A stretch of DNA of 64,000 bases from an uncultured Verrucomicrobiae bacterium (GCA_963789055.1 CAWBJE010000005.1:123920-187919); one strand, 5' to 3'; numbered from the stretch's first letter, positions 24,402-34,967 are shown. The notes: generated by a model not told the origin, from the sequence alone. Program-made: numbers and translations.

Positions 24402-25067
24402 GTGAAGATTGACGTGCTCACTTTGTTTCCGGCAATGTTTGCCGGGCCGCTGGATGAAAGCATCATCCAGCGCGCGCGCAAAAAAGGCCTGCTGGACCTG
24501 AAAATCCACAACCTGCGCGACTGGACGCATGACCGGCACAAGACCGTGGACGACCGGCCCTTTGGCGGCGGCCCGGGAATGTTGTTGAAGCCGGAACCGC
24601 TCTTTGAAGCAATTGAAAGTTTGCGGCGCGAAAAAACGCGCGTGATTTTGTTGTCGCCCGCCGGGCGGCCGTTCACTCAAGCCATTGCGTGTGAACTGGC
24701 AAAACAGGAAGATTTGCTGCTCGTCACCGGCCATTACGAAGGCTTTGATGAGCGGGTGCGGGAAACGCTGGCGGACGATGAATTGTCCATCGGCGATTAC
24801 GTGCTGACGAACGGCGCGCTGCCCGTCATGGTGGTAATTGATGCGGTCACGCGGCTGCTGCCCGGCGTGCTGGGCGACGACGAAAGTTCGCGCGACGAGT
24901 CGTTCAGCCAGGGATTGCTGGAATATCCGCAATACACGCGGCCGGCGGAATTTCGCGGGATGAAAGTCCCGGAAGTGCTGGTGTCCGGCAACCACGCCCA
25001 GATTGAAAAATGGCGGCGCGAACAGGCAAAATCGCGCACCAAAGAACGCAGGCCGGATTTGATGTAG
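24402..25067 (+). CDS. trmD: tRNA (guanine37-N1)-methyltransferase
   Basis: [41 protein letters not shown] motifs. Confidence 0.97.
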   Translation: MKIDVLTLFPAMFAGPLDESIIQRARKKGLLDLKIHNLRDWTHDRHKTVDDRPFGGGPGMLLKPEPLFEAIESLRREKTRVILLSPAGRPFTQAIACELAKQEDLLLVTGHYEGFDERVRETLADDELSIGDYVLTNGALPVMVVIDAVTRLLPGVLGDDESSRDESFSQGLLEYPQYTRPAEFRGMKVPEVLVSGNHAQIEKWRREQAKSRTKERRPDLM

Positions 25068-25134
25068 CAGCCGACGTCAGTCGGCTCTCAAATCAAACGA
25101 AGAAAAGTTGGAGCCGACTGACGTTGGCTGCTAC
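25064..25134. repeat. GTAG-type REP doublet overlapping the trmD stop codon
   Basis: GTAGCAGCCGACGTCAGTCGGCTC...GAGCCGACTGACGTTGGCTGCTAC. Confidence 0.8.
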
Positions 25135-25150
25135 AAAAAATGAAATTTTT

Positions 25151-25528
25151 ATGAACCAGGCATTACAAAATAAAATTGAATCGGAACAGTATCGCAAAGA
25201 CGATGCGAAATTCGCCGTCGGCGACAGTGTGCGCGTGCACACCAAGGTTGTCGAAGGCGACAAAGAACGCATCCAGATTTTCTCCGGTGTGGTCATGGGC
25301 AAACGCGGACACGGCTTGAACGAAACTTTCACCGTGCGCCGCATCAGTTACGGCGAAGGCGTCGAACGCGTGTTTCCGCTGCATTCTCCCCGCGTGGACA
25401 AGATTGAAGTGGAGCGCCAGGGCTCGGTGCGCCGCGCCAAACTTACCTACCTGCGCAAACGCCTCGGCAAAGGCGCAACCCTCGTGAACGAAAAGCAGGA
25501 AAAAGCCGCAGTCGCACCGTCGAAGTAA
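25151..25528 (+). CDS. rplS: 50S ribosomal protein L19
   Basis: [19 protein letters not shown]...[17 protein letters not shown]...[10 protein letters not shown]. Confidence 0.97.
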   Translation: MNQALQNKIESEQYRKDDAKFAVGDSVRVHTKVVEGDKERIQIFSGVVMGKRGHGLNETFTVRRISYGEGVERVFPLHSPRVDKIEVERQGSVRRAKLTYLRKRLGKGATLVNEKQEKAAVAPSK

Positions 25529-25550
25529 CCAAGCGAATTCATCGTTTCCC

Positions 25551-25578
25551 GGCGGGGTTTTTGACCCCGCCTTTTTTG
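25551..25578 (+). terminator. Rho-independent terminator after rplS
   Basis: GGCGGGGT-TTTTG-ACCCCGCC stem-loop followed by a T-tract. Confidence 0.8.
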
Positions 25579-25613
25579 TTTCGCTTACCCCCTGATTTGA
25601 TAAACTCGGTTCC

Positions 25614-26039
25614 ATGAACCGGCTTGCTGTCCAATTTCTCGACCAGGGATTCCATCGAATGTTGTTCGATGCCATGCCCATGCCCGTTTTCGTGGTGGAC
25701 GAAGAGGTGTGCGTTCTGGAATGCAACACCGCGGCGTCCAAACTGCTGGGCAAAAGCAAGCAGCGCCTGGTGGGAAAACGGTGCGGGGAGGTGTTGAATT
25801 GCATCCATGCCTTGGACGTGCCGGAGGGATGCGGTCGCGGACCGGACTGCGGCGAATGCGTGGTGCGCCAGTCGGTGCGTACCGCTGTGCAGGGACACAC
25901 TGTGGTCCGCCACGAAACGGAAATGAAGTTCGGCCACAACGGCGACAGCCGGAAAGCGAAACTGAGCGTGACCTGCCAGCCCTTCACCTACGAACGACGC
26001 ACGTTCATCCTGCTGATCCTGGAAGGCTTGCACGATTGA
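25614..26039 (+). CDS. Stand-alone PAS-fold protein with Cys cluster
   Basis: LFDAMPMPVFVVD...N...LLG...LVGKRCGEVLNC...GCGRGPDCGEC. Confidence 0.75.
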   Translation: MNRLAVQFLDQGFHRMLFDAMPMPVFVVDEEVCVLECNTAASKLLGKSKQRLVGKRCGEVLNCIHALDVPEGCGRGPDCGECVVRQSVRTAVQGHTVVRHETEMKFGHNGDSRKAKLSVTCQPFTYERRTFILLILEGLHD

Positions 26040-26043
26040 GGCC

Positions 26044-26177
26044 GTAGGACAGGCTTCCAGCCTGTCTCCGATATCGATTCCCCGCCTTGGCGGTTGATAA
26101 ATTCCTTGACTGGAATGCCGCTAACAAATCGTAAGACGGGTTTCTGAAACTGGAGACAGGCGAGACGCCTGTCCTAC
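26044..26177. repeat. GTAG-type REP doublet between convergent genes
   Basis: GTAGGACAGGCTTCCAGCCTGTC...GACAGGCGAGACGCCTGTCCTAC. Confidence 0.8.
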
Positions 26178-26215
26178 GTGTAGAAATACACGCCGGGTTG
26201 TCGCCTCCAACCGGA

Positions 26216-26740
26216 TTACTTCAATTCAAATTCCCTCAACGCCGCTTGATGAATCTCCAGCGCATTCGCGCCGAAACACACCAGCGTCACCTGCCCCACC
26301 GATTGGTTGCGGCCCAAAAATAGTTTCGTCTCGCGCATGGCAATCCGCGCCGCACGGTCCATGGGAAAACCATATGCGCCGGTGCTGATGGACGGAAACG
26401 CCACGGTCTTGATGCCGTGTTGTTCCACGAGCGCGAAACAACTCCGGTAACAACTCGCCAGCAGTTCGTCCTCGTCGTGTTTGCCGTCGCGCCAGACCGG
26501 ACCGACGGTGTGGATGACCCACTTGGCGGGAAGTTTGCAGCCCCTGGTGATTTTGGCCTGGCCGGTGGCGCAACCGCCAAGCGTGCGGCATTCGGCCAGC
26601 AATTCCGGCCCGGCCGCCCGATGAATGGCCCCGTCCACACCACCGCCGCCGAGCAACGTCGTGTTGGCCGCATTCACAATCGCCTCCACCCGTTGTTGCG
26701 TGATGTCACCGGCGATAACAACGAGACGATTAATAGGCAC
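26216..26740 (-). CDS. Macro-domain protein (O-acetyl-ADP-ribose deacetylase, YmdB-like)
   Basis: GDIT, AIVNAAN...[36 protein letters not shown] motifs. Confidence 0.95.
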   Translation of the reverse strand: MPINRLVVIAGDITQQRVEAIVNAANTTLLGGGGVDGAIHRAAGPELLAECRTLGGCATGQAKITRGCKLPAKWVIHTVGPVWRDGKHDEDELLASCYRSCFALVEQHGIKTVAFPSISTGAYGFPMDRAARIAMRETKLFLGRNQSVGQVTLVCFGANALEIHQAALREFELK

Positions 26741-28437
26741 GTTAACTAATTAAGTTCGGGCAATTGCTTTTGAGCCTTACGCAATGTTGATTTCATCGAA
26801 CCATCGTGAAGAATTTCTTCAAACGTGCTGCCAGCGATGAAAAGTTTTCTTAAATCCACCGCTCCCAATTCCCGCCGTTGTCTTTTTTCTGCTTTCTCAA
26901 TCCATGCTTCTAATCCTTTCCAGAGTTTAGCGAACGCTTTTTTGAACGCGGTGAAGAATTCAGGGTGTTCATCAGGATTTTCAAAACGAGGTACGAGCAG
27001 AACCTTCAAGACTTGGAGCATTTGCCCCTTAATTGGCAGGTCAAGTGAGTATTTATGCCGGAGCAATTTTCCAACAAGACCCAAAACACTAAGGTTGCCG
27101 TGAGTTTTCATCATATAGCCCCTTGTTCGCCTTGCGCCTAGAGGGCGATGTCCGATGCCAAATTCGTTTTTGAGGTATCTGGAAACAAGGTATGCTAGTA
27201 ATAACTCTTCACAGCAGACACCATCATGAAAAACAATATCGTAAAAACCTTCTGGCAATTCTTCCTCCTGGATGGAATTGGATTTCACAAAAATCTTTCG
27301 CTGCTCCATTTTTGCTTGGGCTGGTTTTTCGTGCCAAAAAGCAAGTGCCAACTTTCCAAAATCAAGATTGTCTATGTCTCCCTTCGGAAACTGGGCAATG
27401 ACATTCTCTTTGCCGAGCTCTGCAATACAATTTTTGAACTCGTCTCTTTTTCGTTCGTAGAAATAGCCTCTGCTTCTGAATGTTGATTGCAATGACTTTT
27501 GCACCGAGTCGCCCGATCTCAAGTCGCGCGCCAGAATTGCGGTTTGAAGATTAGTGGCCCTGCGAATCTTTTCAGATAGCATGGTTGGTGACCTGCGTAT
27601 AACTCGACACATGACCTCGACCCCACCCAAATCGCTTTGGCACTTCGAAAGAGTTGAGGCTGTCTGACAACCATTCACAATTTGGGCGCCAGACAGTTTA
27701 AGTTTTCCTCCTATAAGACGGAAGTCATCACACAGCACTGTCATGCCATTATTAAAGGTCCAAAAGTGATGGCGGAGTTCCCTGTCGTCAACAGTTGCAG
27801 CGATCTCGCGATTTACGTCATTCCGTAACAACGGAAGGCGAGCGTTCGTTTCAAAAATATGCAATCCTGTTTGGTCGACAGCCTCTTTAACTGATATTCC
27901 GGTTACAGTAGCGAGCAGCGAATTTTCTCCATGGTTGAAATATTCGCGTCTTGGAATTTTGAACTCAACTTCTGGATAAGGCAGCCTCTCAATATTCGCA
28001 CAATATTTTGTCAATAATGCCGCGGAATTAATTACTCGGAGCGTGTGCTTGGGATAGTTTTTTAAATCAATGCGCTCAAAACGTCTGCATGCCTTCTCTA
28101 AACCAGCATCCTCGTTGCCCGCAATGATGGCCCAAAATTCGACTGCGAAGTCTTTTGTAACGGCATCGGTATACTGCTCAATAGACGATGCGATGGGACT
28201 TTGTCTGTTTGTAGCCAGCTCGGGATCATTGAGTGCTGCCAAAGCTCTTCTAAGTTTATCAATTATTCCCCGTGAAAATGTTCTCTTTAAATTCAAATCT
28301 TTCCCGGCTTCCGCTTGGCCAATAATTACTCGTCGTCCTCCTTTTTCGACCCAAAACAGGTCAATGCCTTCTTCTCCCGCTCCTTGCATTCCACATGCTT
28401 GGCGCATTTCAGCGTTTTCTAAATTTAGAAAATTATT

Positions 28438-29901
28438 CACAACCATCACACAGGATTTAAGAAAAAGCTGGAACGTTTTGTTTAGGCCTGCCACACGGCA
28501 GGGATGAAAAAGAAAAACAACCACGTTCCAGCGGTTTCCAAACTGAACCTCCTGCGGCAGATTTGCAATGTCATTCCTGACTTTCTGGTGCCCAAGTTGG
28601 CGCGGGCCACCGGGGTCCAAGACCGAGCCCGCACGTTCAGTCCCTGGAGTCATCTGATCGCCCTGATGTATGCGCAACTCACGCACAGCATCGGTCTCAA
28701 CGATGTGTGCGACGCGCTGGCACTGCACTCCGGCCCGCTCTCCAGTCTACGCGGGGCCACGCCACCCAACCGCAACACGCTCTCCCACGCCAACAAAGTG
28801 CGCCCGGCACAGATGGCCGAACAACTGTTCTGGGCGGTTTTGGAACATTTGGGCAACCTGGCTCCGGCTTTTGTCAGCGGCCGGGCCGGTAAACGGTTTG
28901 CCCGCAAGTTCAAGCGCACCATTCATCTGGTGGATTCGACCACCATTCCGCTGATCGCCTCGTGCCTGGACTGGGCCAAGCATCGCCGACGCAAGGCGGC
29001 GGCCAAGTGTCATCTGCGATTGGACTTGCAAAGTTTTCTGCCACGCTTTGCCCTCGTGGACACCGCCCGGCATAACGACGCCAAACGGGCGCGGGAAGTC
29101 TGCGCCGGAATCAAAGCCGGCGAAATCGTCATATTTGACAAGGCTTACGTGGACTTTGCACATCTGGCTGACCTGTCCCAGCGCGAGGTGTTCTGGGTGA
29201 CCCGCGCCAAGGAGAACTTGTGTTTCCGGGTGGTGCGGTGTTTTCAGCGGGGAGCCATCGGCAAGATTTTGCGGGAGGATTTGATCCAATTGCAAACGCC
29301 GGCCTCGCTCCAGGGCTATCCGGTGGCGTTGCGCCGCATTGTGGCGCTGGTCGAGGTGGACGGGGAAGAACGACCGATGGAGTTTCTGACCAACAACCTG
29401 GAATGGAGCGCCGAGAGCATCGTCGAGTTGTATCGCTGCCGCTGGCAGATTGAGGTTTTCTTCAAGCAGATCAAACAGACCTTGCAACTGGCCGACTTCC
29501 TGGGCACCACCGCCAATGCGGTGCGCTGGCAGGTGTGGACGGCGCTGCTGGTTTATCTGCTCCTGCGCTATCTGGCGTTCCTCTCCCATTGGAGCCATAG
29601 TTTCAGCCGCCTCTTTACCCTCCTGCGCGCCGCGTTGTGGAAAAAGTGGGATGTGTTGAGTTTGCTGCAATGCTATGGGACAGCCGATGGTCATTTCCGT
29701 TATCTGGCCCAACCGGAACAAGCCTATCTGCCAGGTTGGGGATAGAACTATGGGACAGCCAGCGAACGCACCCTGAATTTTGAACACCGCACCATGTGAA
29801 TTAAACCGAAAAGTCTTAACGCCGCCGTCTGAACCGCTCCTCAATTTTCGAGGAAATTCACGCGCTTTGCCTCAATCGCTCGCCCCCGTGTGACCGGTGT
29901 G
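28438..29901 (+). mobile_element. IS4-family insertion sequence
   Basis: Imperfect terminal inverted repeats CACAACCATCACACAGG / (rc) CACACCGGTCACACGGG; 9-bp TSD AAAATTATT at 28429-28437 and 29902-29910. Confidence 0.9.
28504..29745 (+). CDS. IS4-family DDE transposase (DUF4372-type N-terminus)
   Basis: LVDSTTI, IFDKAY, LYRCRWQIEVFFKQIKQ (YREK signature). Confidence 0.93.
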   Translation: MKKKNNHVPAVSKLNLLRQICNVIPDFLVPKLARATGVQDRARTFSPWSHLIALMYAQLTHSIGLNDVCDALALHSGPLSSLRGATPPNRNTLSHANKVRPAQMAEQLFWAVLEHLGNLAPAFVSGRAGKRFARKFKRTIHLVDSTTIPLIASCLDWAKHRRRKAAAKCHLRLDLQSFLPRFALVDTARHNDAKRAREVCAGIKAGEIVIFDKAYVDFAHLADLSQREVFWVTRAKENLCFRVVRCFQRGAIGKILREDLIQLQTPASLQGYPVALRRIVALVEVDGEERPMEFLTNNLEWSAESIVELYRCRWQIEVFFKQIKQTLQLADFLGTTANAVRWQVWTALLVYLLLRYLAFLSHWSHSFSRLFTLLRAALWKKWDVLSLLQCYGTADGHFRYLAQPEQAYLPGWG

Positions 29902-30187
29902 AAAATTATTTGCAACCCAATATGCCAAGAGATCACCCCAAGCGTCTTGGCGGGTAATTCGTTTCAGATCAATAAGCTGTTCGGTCAGAATTTCCTGAAA
30001 ATGGTCAAGCTTTATGATGTCCATAATGATCCTATTTGTAAGCGCTTTCTGGGACAATTAGATATGCAACACTCATCGAAGTCACGGCCATTTTCTCTCG
30101 TATTTTGAGATTGCGGACTTTCACGTTTAAGTCGCTTCCAGTCCGGATGATTCGACGCATGAGCCATGCCGGCGACGATTATTTTCT

Positions 30188-30442
30188 TCAACGGTAAACT
30201 TCGCGGCGGTGCCGGACACGATTGACGCGCACAATCCGGATCGCATCGGCAATTTCATAAATTACGCGGTAATCGCCCACGCGGATGCGCCAGTCGTTCT
30301 TGCTTCCTACCAACTTGCGACAACCAGCCGGGCGCGGGTTGTTGCCCAGCGCACGAATCGCCGTGATGACCCGGTCATGAATCTCGGATGAAAGCCGGGT
30401 GAGATCCCTCTCGGCGGCGCGTTCAAGGAAAACCCGATACAT
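30188..30442 (-). CDS. RelE/ParE-family toxin
   Basis: NPRPAGCRKL...WRIRVGDYRVIYEI...VRHRREVYR. Confidence 0.92.
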   Translation of the reverse strand: MYRVFLERAAERDLTRLSSEIHDRVITAIRALGNNPRPAGCRKLVGSKNDWRIRVGDYRVIYEIADAIRIVRVNRVRHRREVYR

Positions 30443-30444
30443 GG

Positions 30445-30645
30445 TCAGTTGCGACGGCGTCCAGCCAGATAGTCTTCAAGCGGGCGATAGTGCAACGGTT
30501 TCTGGCGGGCGCGCTTTAACCAGGCAACGTCTGTCGCATCTTCGGCGCGTTCCAGCAGTTCCTCGTAATCCTTGATCGGAAGAATTACGGAAACAGGCTT
30601 GCCTTTGCGGGTGACAATCTCGGGTTCAAGCACGGTCGTCTTCAT
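30445..30645 (-). CDS. Phd/YefM-like antitoxin
   Basis: IVTRKGKPVSVILPIKDYEELLE; sits 2 bp upstream of the toxin. Confidence 0.85.
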   Translation of the reverse strand: MKTTVLEPEIVTRKGKPVSVILPIKDYEELLERAEDATDVAWLKRARQKPLHYRPLEDYLAGRRRN

Positions 30646-30694
30646 GGCATGTAATCTATCAGCCAGCTAGGTTTTCTGCAAATCCAGTATTCCT

Positions 30695-31950
30695 TCATCC
30701 CAGATGATTCGCCACGTCGTCCGCGCCGGCAACGATTTCCTCGCGCGACTTCAGGTTGCGGATGCGGACGTAGGAATCGCTTTCGAACTTCGCGGTGTAG
30801 GTGGCTTTCAATTCCTGCGCGCGTTTGAATTGTTTGTCCGGTTTGGCCGGCGTCAGCGAATACTCCACGGCATATCCGGTCGCGCGCAAGTCCTGCACCA
30901 GCTTCAGCGATTGCGGGCGGAATTTTTCGTCTTCGATCAGAACAAAGACGTCGACGTTCGAATCGAACTTCGGCAGCAAGCCGCGCGCCTTGAGCAATTC
31001 CAGCAGCACCACGTCGCCCATGCCGAAGCCCAGCGCGGGCAAATCCACTTTGCCGCCGCTGATGAGCTTGACGAGGTTGTCGTAGCGGCCGCCGCCGGCG
31101 ATGGCGCGGAATTCGCCCTTGCTGTCGAACGCCTCAAACACCACGCCGGTGTAATACGCCAGCCCGCGGATGACGTGGTAATCCACCTTCACGAAATCGC
31201 GCAGCCCGCGCGCCGCGAGATTGTCCAGGATGCTCTGCAACTCCGCCGTCGGTTTGCCCGACTCGATGAACGCGTTCACCTCGTCGAGCGAGAATCCCAG
31301 CGCGGCCAGTTTTTGCGCGCTCTCTTCCGGCGCGGTCCGTTCCAGTTTGTCAATGATCTGATAAAACTCGTATTCCCGTTGGTCCCGTTTCCGCTTTCCG
31401 CCTTTCGCTTTTTGCCGTGGTAAAATTCCTGCCACGCATTGCGGCTGCTCAGGCGGATGACAAAATCCTGCGCGGTCAGGCCAAACGACCGCAGCGTGTC
31501 AATGAGCAGCGCAATCAACTCCGCGTCCGCCGCCGGGTCGGTTTCGCCGATGAGGTCGGCGTTGAACTGGAAGTGTTCGCGCAGCCGGCCTTTCTGCTGG
31601 CGTTCGTAGCGGAAGAGTTGCGGGATGGCGAACCACTTGACGGGCTTTTTGTAATTGCGTTCGTGCGCGGCCACCATCCGCGCCAGCGTGGGCGTCATTT
31701 CCGGCCGCAACGCCACCGCGCGGTCGCCCTTGTCGGTGAAGTTGTAAAGCTGGCCGACGATTTCCTCGCCGCTTTTGGTGGTGAACAGTTCGAGCGGTTC
31801 CAGCGGCGGGCCGTCGTATTCGCGAAAGCCGTAGCGCCGGGCGGTCGCGCGCCATTGGTCGAAAATGAACTGGCGCGCGTCGGCGCTCCCCACATCGGAG
31901 TGCGGAAGCGGTTCGGGATAAAAATCGCGGAATCCGGGCAAACGTTCCAT
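30695..31950 (-). CDS. hisS: Histidine--tRNA ligase (indel near 31420)
   Basis: LPGFRDFYP, LRPEMTP, RYERQQKGRLREHFQFNAD, RGLAYYTG, GGGRYDNL motifs. Confidence 0.95.
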
Positions 31951-31971
31951 GTCCGGAACTAGGGATAATTT

Positions 31972-33221
31972 TCAATTAAGAAAACAGGAAATCAGAGAAT
32001 TCGCTGTCCTGGATCGCTGGCTTCTATTTTGAATGCCGGGATCAAGAGCCGTGTCTGGAAGACGAATCTGGCCAATGCCCATGGCCGCCCCGCCTAAAAT
32101 GAGCCAGGTCGAGTTGACCCGGTAGAACAGCAGCCAGATAAAGGCGGCCACGGCGAGCGAAATGGTCAGCCAATCCACCAATACCATCGAACCCAATCGC
32201 CAGGTCACGACGATAATCAGCGCCAGCGAGGCCACATTCACGCCGTCGAAAAAGGCGCAGGCCGTCCGTGAATGGCGGAGTCGCGGCACGAGCGGTCCGC
32301 TGATGGCCACCAGCACAAAGGCCGGCAGGAAAACCGCCACAGTGGCCACAAATGCCGCATGGGATCCGCCGAGGACATACCCGATGAACGTGGCGGTGGC
32401 GAGCAATGGTCCCGGAGTAAACTGGCCAACCGCGATGGCGTCCAGCAAGCTGGCCGTCGGTCAGCCATTGCCGTTGTTCGACAAAGTCGGTGTGCAGAAA
32501 CGCCAGCAACACGTAACCGCTGCCGAACATCACCGCGCCAACTTTGAAAAAAAACAGGAACATGGGCCAGAGGCTGAACGGCGCCATCGTGCACCGCCGG
32601 CAAAGCGCAGACGCATCCCGGACCTGGCCCCCAGCAGCGGCGTCAGACAGGACACGGTCCTGGCGGAGCCGCAACGTTGCGCGGCCAGAACCATGAACAT
32701 GCCGGCGGATCAAAAGCACCGAACAGCGGACTGGCGGCGAAACAACTGAGCGCGGTGGCTCCCGCGGCGACAATGGCCAGCAACCGCGTTTTGATCGCGG
32801 CACGTCCCAGATTCCATATTGCCTGCACCAACACGGCGATGATGACGGGTTTAATGCCGTAGAGCATCCCTTCCGCCGGCGGCAGTCTTCCAAACTTCAA
32901 GTAAGCCCAGCCAATGACGCTGACGATAAGACAGCGGGCAGGATGAAGCAAATGCCGCCCAGCAAAAGTCCCGGCCAGCCTGCGCGGCGATAACCTATCA
33001 AGACCGCCATTTCCGCCGGGTTGGGCCCGGGGATGGGGTTGACGATATCCAGCATCTCGAGAAAATCCGCGACGCGAAACCCAGCCGCGTTTGATGACCA
33101 CCTCCTGTTCCATCAGCGCCATGTGCGCCACCGGACCACCGAACGCGGTGGCGCCCAGGCGAAGAAACAACCCGGCCACTTCAAACAGATCGGCCATTTT
33201 CCTGAAAGGTGCGAAGCTCAT
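31972..33221 (-). CDS. chrA: Chromate transporter, CHR family (several indels; ends approximate)
   Basis: FLRLGATAFGGP, PGP, FFKVGAVMFGSGYVL, DAIAVGQFTPGPL motifs across frames. Confidence 0.85.
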
Positions 33222-33240
33222 GGCGCTTCTCCTCAATGAT

Positions 33241-33321
33241 TCAGTTCAACCAACCGGTGCCTCCCCCGGGATGCGAATGCGGTTCGGGATAAAAATCACG
33301 AAATCCGGGTAATCGTTCCAT
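33241..33321 (-). pseudogene. 26-codon stub duplicating the hisS N-terminus (MERLPGFRDFYPEP...)
   Basis: The first 14 codons encode the same residues as hisS, with four synonymous differences. Confidence 0.75.
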
Positions 33322-33370
33322 GCCCGTCAAAATAGAATAAAATTGCCAATCAGGAAAGGACGAAGCGCGA

Positions 33371-33539
33371 CCGGGGTGCGCCCGTCCCCGGAGCGGCAAC
33401 GTTTAAAACCCTGCTGCACGAGGGAACACAAGCAGCCGTTGTTGCGGAAGAAAGCTCATCATTGGAAACCAGCCATGCCATCGCCGGATTGCGGCTTGAG
33501 CGCTTTGCGCCGCTGCGTCCGGGGACGGGCGCACTCCGG
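33371..33539. repeat. Palindromic REP-like doublet
   Basis: CCGGGGTGCGCCCGTCCCCGGAGCGGCA...GCTGCGTCCGGGGACGGGCGCACTCCGG. Confidence 0.65.
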
Positions 33540-33554
33540 ACGGCATTTTCCAGG

Positions 33555-33869
33555 TCAAGCTTGCGGCACGGGTTTTGCGGGCGTGAGCTTGAGCACATCG
33601 GCCCGCATTTCCTTGCCCGCCTTGAATTTTACCATCGCCCGCGCGGGAATCGGCACGTCGGTTTCCGGCGCGTTGGGATTGCGGCCGACCCGGGCCTTGC
33701 GGATTTTGATTTCGAAGACGCCGAAGTTGCGCAGTTCCACCTTGTCGCCCTTGGCCAGCGCCTCGGCAATGTAATCGAGCGTTTTTTGGACCACGTCGAA
33801 CACCTGCTGCTGGACGAGGCCGGTTTCATTGCTGATGCGAACCACCAGGTCGCGTTTTGTGAGGGTCAT
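33555..33869 (-). CDS. HU/IHF-family DNA-binding protein
   Basis: LTKRDL...GDKVELRNFGVF...ARVGRNP...VKFKAGKEM. Confidence 0.95.
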   Translation of the reverse strand: MTLTKRDLVVRISNETGLVQQQVFDVVQKTLDYIAEALAKGDKVELRNFGVFEIKIRKARVGRNPNAPETDVPIPARAMVKFKAGKEMRADVLKLTPAKPVPQA

Positions 33870-33905
33870 AATTTTTATCGGGTTGTGTATCGGGTTAATT
33901 AATTA

Positions 33906-34668
33906 TCATTGCACCACACGTATTGTCCAGAAGTCGCTGGCCAGATTATCGTCGGTCAAATACGCATAAGGCAAGGTAAAATAACCTTTTATTCCCCAGC
34001 GGCCGCCCCAGGAGTTGCGGATCGATAAACCACTGCCGGGCGTCGTCGTAACCGACCCCGGCCACCGCATGGCCGCCAATGGCCCGCTCGCCGGATTTGG
34101 GCAGCGTCGCGTGACCGGTGCGGGCCACCTGCGCGCTTTCAAAACTCTCGTAAACCGTGAACCCAAACACAAACGGCCAGCCCGACGCAAGGCAGCCCTT
34201 GAGCTGGCTGAGGATCGGCGTAAGGCGCTGATAAAGAACGACTTTGTATTTCAGCGCGTCGGCGTAGCACTTGGCCGGCGGTTTGGTCTTGAACTTTGAA
34301 ATGACATATGGCCATTCGGTTTCCGGGCAATCGCCCTGTTTGGCCACGCTCTTGATGCCGTCGCGTATTTGCGCGCCGCTGTCGATATCAATCGTGTGTT
34401 CGATGGCGCGCTCATTGTAATAAATGAACAGGCGCGACGGTGCGAAGTCGGCCAGTTTTTGTTTCAAGCGGTCGAACTCAATGGCTCCGGCAATGGCGTT
34501 GGCGGTGCAACTGCCGAGCTGGCCCTGGTCATAAACCGGCGGGCATTGGGGACGCAGGTCAACTTTGGCTGGCAACACCCCGGCCAGCGCAACCGGTGCG
34601 GCGTAGAAATGGTCGCGCTGATCCGGCAAATCGGGCAGCCAGCCGTAACGAGCAATCTTGTAGCTCAT
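33906..34668 (-). CDS. Papain-like C1 cysteine peptidase (indel near 34025)
   Basis: YDQGQLGSCTANA, SRLFIYYNER, GGHAV..VGYDD, then RNSWG...GYF in the next frame. Confidence 0.9.
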
Positions 34669-34967
34669 AAGTTTCCTTGCCGCTCTTTCAATCAAACGCT
34701 GTCTTGAATTATTGTAGTTGGCCATGACTTGTCCACAACAAAAACGGAGGCCGGATGAGCAGGGCGGATGCAATTGACTGGTCGCGGAGCACGGATGACG
34801 GCAGTTGGTTAACGCCGGACTCCAAGAATCCGTCGCGGAGCGACGGTTGAAAGCCGAAACGTCTTCGATTTCATGCTCACTCCGCGACTGGCCGTGCCGA
34901 TTGGGGAAATCGGCTACAGCAAGGCTCCTCCCGAGCTAACCTCCGGCACTTAAATCTTTACAGTTTT

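Larger units (their letters stand above)
26746..30057 (-). pseudogene. AIPR (abortive-infection phage resistance) family gene interrupted by an IS
   Basis: FWTFNNGMTVLC, QIVNGCQT, ATNLQ..I..RDL, YFYERKR motifs. The N-terminal part (29902-30057) and C-terminal part (26746-28428) rejoin in frame (YWVANNFLNLENAE) when the IS and one TSD copy are removed. AT-rich relative to its flanks. Confidence 0.88.

Noticed and set aside
26746-28728. 660-aa ORF as an intact gene
   Set aside because: Its first ~97 codons are antisense IS sequence; the true N-terminus lies beyond the IS at 29902-30057.
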